From contig OZ024743.1 in NCBI GenBank assembly GCA_964016885.1, positions 16,368,001 to 16,432,000 on the forward strand: a stretch of DNA of 64,000 bases, written 5' to 3'. The first letter of the stretch is position 1, and the number at the start of each line of letters is the position of its first letter. Under the pieces are notes generated by a model that worked only from the letters and a program-made list of their open reading frames with translations, made no database searches and had not been told where the DNA came from. The position numbers and the translations under genes were made by a program. The DNA comes from Eledone cirrhosa (Eukaryota). Below are positions 14,970-27,971 of this stretch, one piece after another.

Positions 14970-15886
14970 GTATATATCCCTACACGCAAAAAGCGTCCAG
15001 GGACACATGTATTGTCTAACCATATGCCAATGTGGTTCAATGGCTGGTTAATAAATTAACGAGCCAGTACATATATAATCAAGGTTTAGCAAATAAGAAA
15101 AAGTTTCATAATATATTTCAAAAATTTCACTCTACTCACTATGGTTACCTTTATCGAATCGGTTTCGAGTCTCAAAAATAAACGGACAGTCCTTGCGGCC
15201 TTCCATTGAAAAGATAAACTCTCGTCAGAAGGTTCTTTTCACTCGGAGAATATAAAATTCCCGAGTTCAAATTACGAACTGGCGCTATTCGAAATTGTTC
15301 CCGAGATGAGAATGAATGATGTGGAAGCAATTCTGTCCAGTGCCGTGTGTAAAGATAGAAGCGGAGGCAGGGAGGTCAGTCTACTACCACTTTAAATAGC
15401 AGCAGTGAAAACGACCAAATTTTATCTCGACCAAGCGGAGATAAAGAATAATAAAGTATATATCCCTACACGCAAAAAGCGTCCAGGGACACATGTATTG
15501 TCCAACCAAATGCCAATGTGGTTCAATGGCTGGTTAATAAATTAATGAGCCAGAACATATATAATCAAGGTTTAGCAAATAAGAAAAAGTTTCAAAATAA
15601 ATTTCAAAAAATTCACTCTACTCACTATGGTTACCTTTACCGAATCGGTTTCGAGTCTCAAAAAATAAATGATCAGTTCGTAATTTGAACTCGGGAATTT
15701 TAGTTTCTCCGAGTGAAAAGAACCTTCCAACGAGAGTTTATCTTTTCAGTGGAAGGCCGCAAGGACTGTCCATTTATTTTTGAGACTCGAAACCGATTTG
15801 GTAAAGGTAACCATAGTGAGTAGAATGAATTTTTTGAAATTTATTTGGAAATTTTTTCTTATTTGCTAAACCTTGATTATATATAT
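14970..15886 (-). mobile_element. Non-coding hammerhead element: 486-bp tandem unit plus inverted copy
   Basis: 14970-15182 repeats directly at 15456-15670; 15674-15886 is the reverse complement of 15071-15282. Confidence 0.85.
15147..15233 (-). ncRNA. Type-I hammerhead ribozyme
   Basis: acctt-CTGACGA-gagttt...gagactc-GAAA-ccgattcga-TA-aaggt. The sister copy at 15633-15660 has the fully paired ccgattcgg. Confidence 0.85.
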
Positions 15887-15989
15887 ATATATATGTATCT
15901 ATACACACATATATGTACACAAACACACATAAACACTCATACACATTTAACGCATACACACACACATATATATATATATATATAATTTC

Positions 15990-17050
15990 GGCTTGTAAAC
16001 ATAAATTGCACAAAACTTTCCTGTATTACAGCCCCACGTTATACCCTAATGGATAGCACGATCTACACGTGGATATTTTACGTCTTGATGTGGGAGCTAA
16101 GTATATGTTTTGTTTATTCCTTTACTTATTTGCATAGGTAAGTATACATTACCCGTATGTTTTGTGAAGATATGTATACCTTCTCGTACGTATATTTGAC
16201 TGTTATGGCGTATAATTTTTACATATTCTGGTATTTAGGGTTTGGTTATGTGTATATGGGAGTTTTGCGTCTGCGTGAGTATACAGGTTCGTACGTATGG
16301 TGGGTGTGTGTATATGTGTACTTCTTGTTTTAGTTGACTTAGATCTCCGAACCTTCGTGTATTTATTTGTAGGTATGTGTGTGCGCTTGTTATATACGTA
16401 TTTATTTACTTATATACGTTTATATAATTATTTATTTATTTGTACACAAGCATACACACATACACATATTTATATGTGCGTGGTTTTGTATACCTATGGT
16501 AAGGTTTTGCGTATGCTTGTGTATGTACGTATCTGTTTGCGTGTATGTATTTGTTTGTTTCTATTACTTCTGTATTGTATTTATTTACTTTGTTCTTAAC
16601 TCTGTAGCGGAGATTCATTCGGTCTCCTAGTTAGAATTTTAGTCTACAACTTCTGCTTTACCATTTACGTGGTTTTGTCTTTGCGTGCTATTCTTCTCCA
16701 CGCTCCACATATGACTTATTATCTTCGTTTTTTCGTTCATTGCCAGAGAACGTCTCTATGCACCACTTAGAGAACATTAGTCTACGACCTCTTTTATACC
16801 ATAAACGTGGTTCTGTCTTTGCGCGTAATTGTTTTTCACCGCTCCTATTAATGACGTATTATTCGTTTTTTCCCGTTCTTTGCCAGCGAACGTCACCATG
16901 AACCAAAATATCGTCTTCCTGTCTTCCTCCGGTTGCAACGTTTTTTAAAATATCCAGTTCTGCGTTTACAGATTGACTTTGTTAGTTTCAGAAGATCCCG
17001 TTAAGGGTGAAAGCAGCGATTCTTTGCTTAAACTTTAATCTGTTATTTTA
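15990..17050 (+). mobile_element. PLE 3' fragment (Neptune-like end TLYPNG), 3' UTR with ~138-bp internal duplication
   Basis: acgttataccctaatgga near 16036; 16640-16760 resembles 16778-16900; hammerhead at the end. Confidence 0.6.
16984..17034 (+). ncRNA. Type-I hammerhead with U4A substitution
   Basis: agttt-CAGAAGA-tccc(gttaa)gggt-GAAA-gcag...ttgc-TT-aaact; all three stems pair. Confidence 0.75.
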
Positions 17051-17083
17051 ATAAATATATATATATATATTATATATATATAT

Positions 17084-17226
17084 ATATTGTTATACTTTGG
17101 GAGGGTCATGTTGCCAATAAGAAACAGACGCACCAGTTGCTTTCACTTCAATAAATAAATTGAAGTGAAAGCACTGGTGCGTGTGTTTCTTATTGGCAAC
17201 ATGACCCTCCCAAAGTATAACAATAT
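17084..17226. repeat. Near-perfect hairpin, ~68-bp arms, 6-nt loop
   Basis: atattgttatactttgggagggtc...cacttcaat / attgaagtg...gaccctcccaaagtataacaatat. Confidence 0.95.
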
Positions 17227-17284
17227 CGGTTTCAACACACGATTTCAGATAAAGAATCTTGCTAAACAAATTCAGAAACGAAAT

Positions 17285-18446
17285 ATATATATATATATAT
17301 TCACATATCATGCATACATAGATACATATTTAATCATGCAATTACGGATGGTTGTGTACCTTGTTGCCCTTAGTCATTACGCATAAATCTAAGGAGGCTA
17401 AAAAATTTAAAGGTAAGAAATAAGCATGAATGCGTATAATTAGGGGAAAGCGATTCTAACAAATGTTACGCTACATAGAATTATAGTGAGTTGCTATTTA
17501 GAATATTTAATTAGGTTTATAGTATTTAAATGTTTTTCGTATACGGTGATTACAAACTATAATCAGTTCCTGTCCTTTATTTAATAAATCGTCCTTAGAT
17601 TTAGTAATTTCCAAGATCTCCCCTGAAGATAACCTGCATTCTCTCCTGTTCCCAAGATATGGAGTTTTTGTTGAATGGTGTTCCACGATAGCTTGAAATC
17701 TATTTTTTTCTTTTTATAGTTATTAACTGCTTCAGCTAAATATGTGGTGTTGCTAGTTTAGTATTGTTTAAACTACTTGAATGTGAGTAAAATCTTTTCT
17801 TAAATGTGTTTCATGTAGATCCTATATATGTTTTGTTTGAGTCAGTAGTAGACTCAGTGCATTTATATATTACATTATTAATCAAACAGTTGCCATTTAA
17901 GGGGCAAATGCTTCTATTTCTGCAATTACAACCATACGTAAGATGGTTGTTGGGGGTACCTATACCATTCTCATTAATCCTTGAGCTATTTTTATTGTAA
18001 TTAATGTTAGCGGGAGAATGAAGGTTGCTTTGTGTGTGGTTTGGTGCTAGGGTTGTATTGTAATTTTGTTTTATGTTGTTTTTGTGTTGGTGATTTGGGT
18101 GGTTGTGTTTTCCAGGTTGAAAGATTTTATTATTTGTCCTTTTAAAAAGTGCAGTACTATTTAAATTATTTTGTGGTGGTGTGATCATATTATTTTTAAA
18201 TTTATAAATGTTGTAGTTGCTTATTTTTGATTTTGCTGGAGATTGTTTGATGTAGAGTATGATAATTTAACATTATATCTGTTAAATGTGTGGTGGTATC
18301 TGTGGTTTGGTGGAAAATGTTTATGTAGAATGTCGAAGAATTTTGGGGGGATTTGTCCAATAGTTTGCAGGTTCAATGGTGCGTTGTACCATGTTATGTT
18401 TCTTTTGCGGTTTTTAGTAAAGTTCTTATTACCACTTATATTAATC
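17285..18446 (-). mobile_element. PLE (Naiad-like) linker and GIY-YIG, inverted copy
   Basis: ORFs RKRNITWYNAPLN...FNRYNVKLSYS and CNCRNRSICPLNGNC...TYIGST. Confidence 0.9.
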
Positions 18447-19300
18447 ACCAACACAAAAAACAACATAAAACAAAATCACAATACATCCCTAGCACTAAAC
18501 CACCCACAAAGCAACCTTCATTCTCCCGCTAACATTAATTACAATAAGAATAGCTCAAGGAGTAATGAGAATTATATAGGTACCCCCAACAACCATCTTA
18601 CATATGGTTGTAATTGCAGAAATACAAGCATTTGCCCCTTAAATGGCAACTGTTTGATTAATAATGTAATATATAAATGCACTGTGTCTACTACTGACTG
18701 AAACAAAACATATATAGGCTCTACATGAAACACATTTAAGAAAAGATTTTAAGCACACTCAATTAGTTTTAACAATACTAAACTAGCAACACCACATCTT
18801 TAGCGGAAGCAGTAAATAACTATAAAAAGAAAAAAAATAGATTTCAAGCTATCGTGGAACACCATTAAACAAAGAACTCCATATCTTGGGAACAGGAGAT
18901 ATTGCAGGTTAAGTTCAGGGGAGATCTTGGAAATTACTGAATCTAAGGACGATTTATTGAATAAAGGACAGGAACTGATTATAGTTTGTAATCACCGTAT
19001 ACGAAAAATATTTAAATACTATAAAACTAATTAAATTTTCTAAATAGCAACTCACCATAATTCTATGTAGCGTAACATTTGATAGTATCCCTTTCCCCTA
19101 ATTATACGCATTCATGCTTATTTCCTACCTTTTAATTTTTTAGCTTCATTAGATTTATGCGTTAATGACTAAGGGCAACAAGGTACACAACCACCCGTAA
19201 TTGCATGAGTAAATATGTATCTATGTATATGTGAATATATATATATAATATTATCTATGATATGTGAATATATATATATAATATTATCTATGATATGTGA

Positions 19301-19383
<83 letters not shown>

Positions 19384-20420
19384 TGTGTGTTTGTGTGTGT
19401 GTATATGCGTGTGTATATGTATGAGTGTTTATATGTGTGTGTACATGTATGTGTGTATATATATATATATGTGTATATAGGTGTGTATAAATAAATATAT
19501 ATATATATATAAATATATATGTATATGATTGTGTGCACATGTGTAGATGTATGTATATATTTGCATCTATTTATGCGTATATATAATTTTAATTGAATAT
19601 CAATATAACTATAACTCTATCTATAATGTGTGTATATGCACTTTGTGATGTATTAAATTTATGCGTTTTGACTATGTCAACATGCATTTATCTGAGTTTG
19701 ATTATTTATGCATAGACATACTTGAATGTATTTTAAGGCGTTCATACTCTGTATTATACTAAGTACAGTTTACCACACCGTACTGTATTGTGTTATATTA
19801 TATTATATTATTGTATTACTGTATTTCATTATCTTATTATAATGTTCATCTTTTAATATACTATCTTTCCTAGTCAGGACCTTAATTTATATTCACCTAA
19901 AAACTCCATACAACACAACTCAACTTTTAATTTTTACATTACTTTGAAACTTCACTATACCAATATACATTCAACTATCAATTTGACAATCCCCTTCTTC
20001 CTAAATAGATTATTTATAACAATTCTATTATTAACACCATTCAACCATTCCTTTCAAATGGTCATGACCTCAACTAAAGTGAATTATTTTTTTCTTTTTA
20101 ACATCATATGGAAAAGAACAATCTGATTTGTTTGTTCTTCAGCTACCTCCAAATAAGTTCATAGAACTAAACTTACTACTAATTCTGAATAAAATTATTA
20201 TTGCTTTTGACAACAGCTGGTGATATGCATGTAAGTAAATATTTTCCTTATCTGATAATTTGTAACTAACCTTACATAGATCGATAACGAAGTATAGTTA
20301 TGATGTATTATCATCACCTAGAAACGATCGTAAAGTAGTGAAGTATATTTCTAATGACTTGATTTTTTATTTCATTGTTTAAACTTATATCATGACTCTG
20401 TTTTCCTTTTAATGTTCCGG
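18447..20420 (+). mobile_element. PLE (Naiad-like) GIY-YIG, 3' UTR and degenerate hammerhead (20293-20338)
   Basis: CNCRNTSICPLNGNCLINNVIYKC; reverse complement of 17285-18093 and 14117-14830; GAAA-cgatcg-TA at 20321-20332. Confidence 0.9.
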
Positions 20421-20511
20421 GATTTATTTTAACCTACAACATTTTCAACATATGGATTACAGTGAGTTCTTCATGCAGACTAGACCCCACAACTTACCGT
20501 GGATATCTCTG

Positions 20512-20613
<102 letters not shown>

Positions 20614-20734
20614 TATCTAATGACAAAGTCTGCACCGGTTCGAATACAAGCACGATTTACCAATACAAAAGAGTTTCACTGGTATCTAATCACTTACTGC
20701 AGAATTTGGAATTAAGACAGAATATCAATTATCA

Positions 20735-20843
20735 TAATTGTTTCTACTTTTGGTACATGGCCAGCAAATTACCCAGTACATTACTGGTAAATTATTTTAT
20801 CGACCGCATAAGGATGAAAGGCAAAGTTAACTCGACGGGATTT
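20735..20843 (-). mobile_element. Octopod SINE, 5'-truncated
   Basis: 3' half of the family sequence. Confidence 0.85.
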
Positions 20844-21547
20844 AATAAATGACGATAACCGACATTGGAAGGAAAATACTTGATCGGATAACTTTTTGGA
20901 AGGTGAATAATATGCAGTTGTTATTAAACGGACATTATCCTTATCAAACAGCGTGGTGCAAATAATTACACGGCTGCGTAGTTCGACCAACTTATTGAAT
21001 ATATCAAGGACAATATGTCAGGTGCGTAATAACGCTAGAAATAATCACCACTAAGCCTCCCTACGGCATTCTCAGCAATTAAGGAGTAATATATATGAAA
21101 CCGAGCAAAACAAAACGTTATTTGTCTCTAATATACTGGACATCCCAATGGAGAGGTGGCTAAACATATCTAAATCAGAGGCGGATATAAACATAGATTA
21201 ATTGATGCCAAAGTCTCTATCAGGTAGAATAGAGCAGACATTTTCTAATACAATGCTGTTTGTTCCTTTTAAGATAATTAGTATTATTACTTAATTCAAG
21301 AAACTGAAATTAGGGACTAGATGCGAGTGAAACTATCTTCTATTAGTTTTGCTTGTATCCCACCTGATGGAGATTTTTAGCATAATTAAAACTATGTTTA
21401 TATGCGTCTTTGATTTAGATATTTCAACTCACTTTATATTGAGATATCCAGTATATTAATAACAAATAACTCCTATTTCTGTTTGATATGTAGACGCATT
21501 AACTCCGTCGATTGTAGAACTCGCCTTTTAAAATTGTAATTTCATTG

Positions 21548-21720
21548 TATAATATTAACAGATATATATTTTGCCTCTTAAGATCGCAAAATATATATCT
21601 GTTAATATTATAAGATCTAAGGTGGCAAAATGATCTGTATTTTCTGATGCTCTCGTGTATTTATCGTACTTTGATAAAGAGGTAGACTGAAATAATGTTC
21701 TACGTGCGTATGTATAGTAT
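21548..21720 (+). repeat. 27-bp-arm hairpin followed by degenerate U3-A8 hammerhead
   Basis: 21548-21574 and 21586-21612 are perfect inverted repeats; gtac-t-TTGATAA-ag..ct-GAAA-taatg..tatgta-TA-gtat at 21666-21720. Confidence 0.6.
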
Positions 21721-21816
21721 GCTAATTTTAGGAAGCCCTATTCCTTTTATTTAAAATCCGAACCAGCGTGGAAAATTACTAATTACAAAGTTCACGCATG
21801 TACCTTCGTTATCTGC

Positions 21817-22000
21817 ATTGGCAGTATAGGTAGAGGATCGGACGCCATGCTTAACAGCATAGAGTTACAGCCGTTTACGGTCTAAGTTCAAATCCCGCAG
21901 AGGTTAAGTTTGCCTTTCACCCTTACGGGGTCGATAAAATAAAGTACCAGTAATGCACTGACGTAATTGCTGGACTTGTGCCAAAAGTAGAAATCATTAT
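21817..22000 (+). mobile_element. Octopod SINE
   Basis: A box tggcagtatagg, B box gttcaaatcc, conserved body and tail. Confidence 0.9.
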
Positions 22001-22479
22001 CTTACGCTTAAACCATGTCACATTTATTTAATCAATATCGGCCATGCTTCTATATGTATAATTATCAAGTCGAAGCCCCGTGGAAACTTTCTACGAAGTA
22101 AATATGTTTATTGTGCTAAACTGACTACAGGGTGAACATTTATTTTTATTATTTCAGCAGTTGAGGTAGGTAATCATTATTTATCTAAAAGCAGTTATCA
22201 TTATTTATTCATTTAATATCGAAACGTTGTAAAAACTAACTACAATGTAAGATTATTATTTTCATTATATTGGCGGTTGACGTAGGTTATTCTTATTTAT
22301 TTAAATACGACCATCCTTATTTATTTACATTAAATTGCTTATGCATATATATACATAAATATATACATACATACATACTTATATATATATGTGTGTGTAT
22401 AAATATATGAATTCTCATTATTCATCTGTCTCCGCCTCCCCCTCATTAGTTCTCACAATATAAGATCTACCCGCTCATG

Positions 22480-25150
22480 CATACCAGCAAATTGGACCAC
22501 AATTCAATGAACGGGAGAAGGAAGTAGTAAAGACAATGCTAGCAGTCTGGCAGTTGGACCCTCGATCCCTCACCCAACAAAATAATTGTTGAAGCCTTAA
22601 AGTGCGATGTGAAAAATGAATGAATTTATTCTCTCCCCAAATACTCCAGTCGAAACGAACACGAGTATAAAACACAGCATGCAGGGACTCTGCACCGGAC
22701 ATATGCTGAGGTTTCACTTATTCCGCCGAAGAGGACATTGTATGCATATGCAGTACAGGATGTAACAGTGCAGCAACAATCTGTTTTAATCATGGCAAAC
22801 AACTGACATGGCTACATCGGATACAGAACCATATTTATTAGCTCCAAAATTCAAGACCACAGCAAACAAGGATTTAGGGTCTCTGTCTCTGGAACACAAC
22901 GAAACGTCATATCAGTGGCCATTGTTAACCCTTCTAATGTCACAGTGGTTTAACTGCTAAGTTTCAGAAAGCTGTATAAATTTACCAACATGAGTAAAAT
23001 ACTTTACCTGAGAGATCTATCCACAAGCAGTCGAGCAATGAATATTTAAGGCACCTGACAGCTAGTATAGTATCCCCGGAATACACGTATCAAAATAAGT
23101 TGTATTTCGTATTGACTACGGGAGGGAACGTGTGGTAGAGTTTTGTTTGTATATCCGTAAAAAATGTCACAACCCCTAGTGTTGTTGTCACATTCCACCA
23201 CAAACTGTTATACAGTGATAGTACAAAATGGCAATATTTGTACCATATCACCTATCAGAAATCCCTAGTCATGAGGACAAATCCAAAGAAAGTTTCAGAA
23301 ATGTAGATGAAATACTAACCAACCTAAACCTGAGAATTAATATACTCCTGCTTGGAGATTTCAAACGCTCGAAGAGCACCTCCTCTCAAGAATGACAGAA
23401 AATGAATATACAAAGTCATAATCCCTAATTTATCTCACTAATAGTCTTTCATGACCACCTGGTAATACAAACAATAAATAGATGAGAATGCCATTGATCT
23501 CTGTTCCGCAAATAGGACGATGTTCATCTACTAGTTAAAGGTGACACTGATGGGTCTACCGGCTCAAAACTGTAGAATGAACAACATATTGTCCAAGCTC
23601 TCTGCAGATAGGCAGGCACCTGTATTCTATCCCGTCTAAACTTCAGGAAAGCTAAATAGAAAATAATTCAAGAAGAGATCCTGAAGCAAACCTTGACTGA
23701 TAGGTTTTATATACAAGACGTCAAAATACATGACAAAAACACATATTGAAAAGCGGACGGACACAACATATTATTCCCAGAAACAGAAAAATCTTCATTG
23801 GGCAAAGATTAAATATGTCAAATCGTCTAAACGTACAGCTAAAGACAAGAAAGGAATACTATTTGGAACTGTTCAAAATGGAATGTGAACACTCCATTGA
23901 ATAGGAGAGGGTAGAAGAGTGCCAGAGCTATAGAAAATATAAGAGCAAACTCTAAAGTCTACATTAAATTCGTAAAAGAGCCCGCCAGAATATACTACAA
24001 ATTGATTATTCACGCTGGGCGCATTACTCCAAGGCGTACCTGAGGTACCGAATGAGCAATACAAATGTGTTTACAAACTCCCATAAGGAGGATCCAAATA
24101 AATAAGCCAGATGAGTTCTTTGAAAATGCAACTCTACACGGAGAAACGTGAACTATCACCTATAAAGTAGAAATGACACGAAGTTCAGCTGCTGATGCTC
24201 ATAGGATCACAGCAATTCCGATAAAAACAGGGAAACAGATCATAGGAACATCTATGCAGATCCTCCTCACGCAAGTCGTAAACTTACCTATATGGAAACA
24301 AGTCATAATATGTTTTATTTATAGATGGGTAAGCAGGGCAGATTCTAAAAATTCTACAAACGTACCTCTTTGATCTCCTATATAAGTAAAGTAATGGAAC
24401 AAACCGTCAGAAAGAAGCTCATCCTCGTCTACAGGAAAATAGCCCACTATCTTTGATCGAGGATACATTCCACTCGAGACGAAGCTGATTATACAGCTTT
24501 TACTACATTATGACTGAAAAGATGTTAGACCATTAAAAAATAGTTGCGATATAGCACCAATCCCCAAGTCCTTCGAAAAGATTGACCTTTCTGTCTAGCT
24601 ATGCTGATGACACGAATGTAGCGGAAACAATCAAGAATCAGGCTGATGGTTCTCTCTGACAATAAGATTTGGAGACTATATACACATTTACAAAGGACAA
24701 GAATATGCAGTTTCATTCCGGCAAACCTCAAGCTCCCCACTATGAACTTGAGAAAAACAAATCCACTACAACAAAGCTTTACCGGGAAAAGAAGAATCGA
24801 AATAGCAGTATTAAAATCACTGCGGGATCTGGGAATTGATAGGAGCCATGGTGCGTTGTTTCATGGACACATCGTTATATTTGCTGGATGGATTCTGAGG
24901 ACTTTCAAGATAAGAGACCGAGGAAAAGATATGTTGGTCCTTTGGAGAACATTTATCCTCAGCTGTCATTGTCCCAATATCAAACTAAATGCAGAACGTA
25001 AATCAATCTATCGAAGCTACACCAAGATTATCGATCAATGAAGAAGAAGAGGTACTGGAAGAGGCTGAAAAAATTAAAGCTCTACATCTTCGAACAAAGA
25101 GAGAAAAGGTATGCAGTGATATACAGATGGAAGATCCTGGAGAGACTAGC
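22480..25150 (+). mobile_element. Degenerate CR1/L2-clade LINE (APE and RT remnants)
   Basis: ILLLGDF near 23342; LRDLGI...GWILRTFKIRD...MLVLWRTFI; YWKRLKKLKLY...RYAVIYRWKILE. Confidence 0.8.
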
Positions 25151-25199
25151 ACAAATACACACACACACACAGATACACACATGCCCACATACTCCCCCC

Positions 25200-25314
<115 letters not shown>

Positions 25315-25514
25315 CAACACCATCATTCACTGGCTCAGTGTGTTTTAGATTGAGCGTTAACTAACCAAAGTTTCATATTTTGCGTGGCTTCCTTTAGTTC
25401 ATATTGATTTAAATCAGACCTTGTATAGACACTCAGGTGAATAAATCGACTTTAATCCTACTACAAATTGTTAATTTTGCGCTTAAATCAGAAACAATTA
25501 TTATGTTAGTTTTC

Positions 25515-25743
25515 AGGTAGGGGAGATGGATTACCAACATCGATAGAGCATTATACAACATTCCATGTAGCATATAGTTATGGTACCTAAATTCTGAGTC
25601 CCAACCCTGCCGGGGTTTGCTTAGCCTTTCATCATTACGGGGTCGTGCAATGAAAGTACCAATAAAAAAACTCAGGTCGATCTAATCGACATTATCCTTC
25701 AATTTAAATTGCTGGCCTCGTGCCGAATGTAGAAACACTTATT
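25515..25743 (+). mobile_element. Older, longer SINE subfamily copy (a more decayed copy may lie at 25330-25505)
   Basis: Same body plus an extra gtcgatctaatcgac segment absent from the other copies. Confidence 0.8.
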
Positions 25744-26115
25744 TTCGTATCCGTCTTATTCACCATATCAATCTCTCACCAGTCTTCTCTAAACAGTGGT
25801 TCATTTTTGTTTCCATTTAGCTTTTCTTTTCGCCTTCTATACTATCAATGCTTCGTAGAACCTTTTTTCTGTCTTTTTTTTTCTCGCTTTTAGCTTCACT
25901 TTTTTCTATTTTGCTGTTACGGACATATATTCTACTTCTTTCTAATGTTTTCATTCTTTGCATCCAACTTATCAGTCGCTCTTCGTTCCTCCTTTTGTAT
26001 AACATTTCGTTTTTTCCCTCCCACTGGTCATCTATTATTCTGTTACGTTACTTCTTTTTTTTTGTTATATTATTCACCCAATTTTGATGGATTCTGTTTA
26101 CCCCCCCCCCCGTCC

Positions 26116-26199
<84 letters not shown>

Positions 26200-26666
26200 T
26201 CTGATCCATAAATACAAATAAATACATTCGTACACATGCACTAACACACATATATACTGATATATATGGAAGGAAATGTTTTGTGACAATTTATATAGTG
26301 GACATTAGAAAGTATTCGTTGTAAAGTTTTATCCCTGGAATCTAAATTTATGGAAGTTATACTATTTTGTAAGGCTGCTGTCTAACGTATGACATTAGTC
26401 GCAAATTTGACAAGTGATATGTAAAAGGATTTATAAAATGCAAGCTTAAATGGGATTTTGTAATCATAACTTAGAATGTGAACAAGGAAAAAGTGCAAAT
26501 TCTTTATGTTCAGCAAGAGAGGATATATCCAGTTTTTCGGTCACCTATTGAAGCTCAATATGACTAACACATTCCTCCTCAAATTTGTTCTGACACTGGT
26601 ATATTTTGTTCTCATAATAAAACTTTATATCGCACCTTAGGTGTGAGATGCGATTTTTTCGGAGCT

Positions 26667-26758
<92 letters not shown>

Positions 26759-26977
26759 TAGAATTGGAGCTCTGAAATAGCAATATATATATGAATGTAT
26801 ATATAATGTATTTTGCAATACACTTTATGCTTAATTAAAATCATTTTGAAGACCGTATGCTATTGATTTAGAGTAGTGACAAACTCACCTACTTTAATCT
26901 CAGGATACAAGGGGAGATAAGCCGGCAACCGCTCTGTATAATCAGTTCCTGATCTCAGTAGACAGGAGGAAGTAGTT

Positions 26978-27022
26978 AGCCTTGGTAAGCATCAATAAAT
27001 GCGAAACAAGGCCTTGTCGACT
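26978..27022 (+). ncRNA. Minimal U3-A8 hammerhead, mutated copy
   Basis: agcc-TTGGTAA-gcat/atgc-GAAA-caaggccttg-TC-gact. Confidence 0.75.
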
Positions 27023-27295
27023 TATCTCCCCTTGTTTGCTGAGATTAAAGTAAGTGAGTTTGTCACTACTCTAAAACAATAGCATACGGTCTTCAAAATG
27101 CTTTTAATTAAGCATAAAGTGTATTGCAAAATACATTATGTATACATTCATATATATATTGCTATTTCAGAGGTCCAATTCTAATTTTTAATTTCTGCCT
27201 GACCGAAACCGCTCTGTATAATCAGTTCCTGATTATTTACTAGAATTCTATAAGAATATAACACCAGTGATCTCAGTAGACAGGAGGGAGTAGTT

Positions 27296-27340
27296 AGCCT
27301 TGATAAGCATCAATAAATGCGAAACAAGGCCTTGTCGGCT
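27296..27340 (+). ncRNA. Minimal type-I hammerhead, U3-A8 core, intact
   Basis: agcc-TTGATAA-gcat(caataa)atgc-GAAA-caaggccttg (palindrome)-TC-ggct. Confidence 0.9.
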
Positions 27341-27466
27341 TATCTCCACTTGTTTGCAGAGATTAAAGTAAGTGAGTTTGTCACTACTCTAAAACAATAG
27401 CATACGGTCTTCAAAATGCTTTTAATTAAGCATAAAGTGTATTTCAAAATACATTATATATACATT

Positions 27467-27508
<42 letters not shown>

Positions 27509-27593
27509 TAACTTAAATTCTTTAACTTAAATGTATATATATATATATATTTAACTTTAGATTCTCTTATTATTGTCTGAAATATATAGCCTT

Positions 27594-27676
27594 ACACACG
27601 CTGATGAACCATGGGCTAATCATTTCTGCCAACACCTTATTTGGCGAAACAGATCTTTTGGGATGTGTACGTGTGT
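27594..27676 (+). ncRNA. Type-I hammerhead ribozyme, canonical core
   Basis: acacacg-CTGATGA-acca...tggc-GAAA-cagatct(tttg)ggatgtg-TA-cgtgtgt; 7-bp stem I. Confidence 0.85.
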
Positions 27677-27926
27677 GTTAGTTACTTATCGAGGTATGTA
27701 TTTACACTTTAATTTATACTTTTAATTATTGTGTGGCTACTCTGCCTTCCATGGGCTATAGATTCCACACACTGGTGGTTTTTCCCTGTTTAACTGATGG
27801 CGCACTATCTCTCTAGGGTGTTATCTTTTCTACATATTGTATTATAAAGAGTTTGTGATTCCTTCTCCTTTGAGCACATTATTGACAGGGAATAGCGAGA
27901 GTCTATGGCTCCGTTAATTTATCATG

Positions 27927-27971
<45 letters not shown>

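Larger units (their letters stand above)
26752..27470 (+). mobile_element. Non-coding hammerhead element: 318-bp tandem unit plus 5' inverted copy
   Basis: 26927-27150 repeats at 27207-27470; 26752-26928 is the reverse complement of 27013-27190; flanked by (TA)n. Confidence 0.9.

Noticed and set aside
19164-19210. SECIS-like ATGAC...AA...TGAG in the Naiad-like 3' UTR
   Set aside because: Helix II cannot pair in register.
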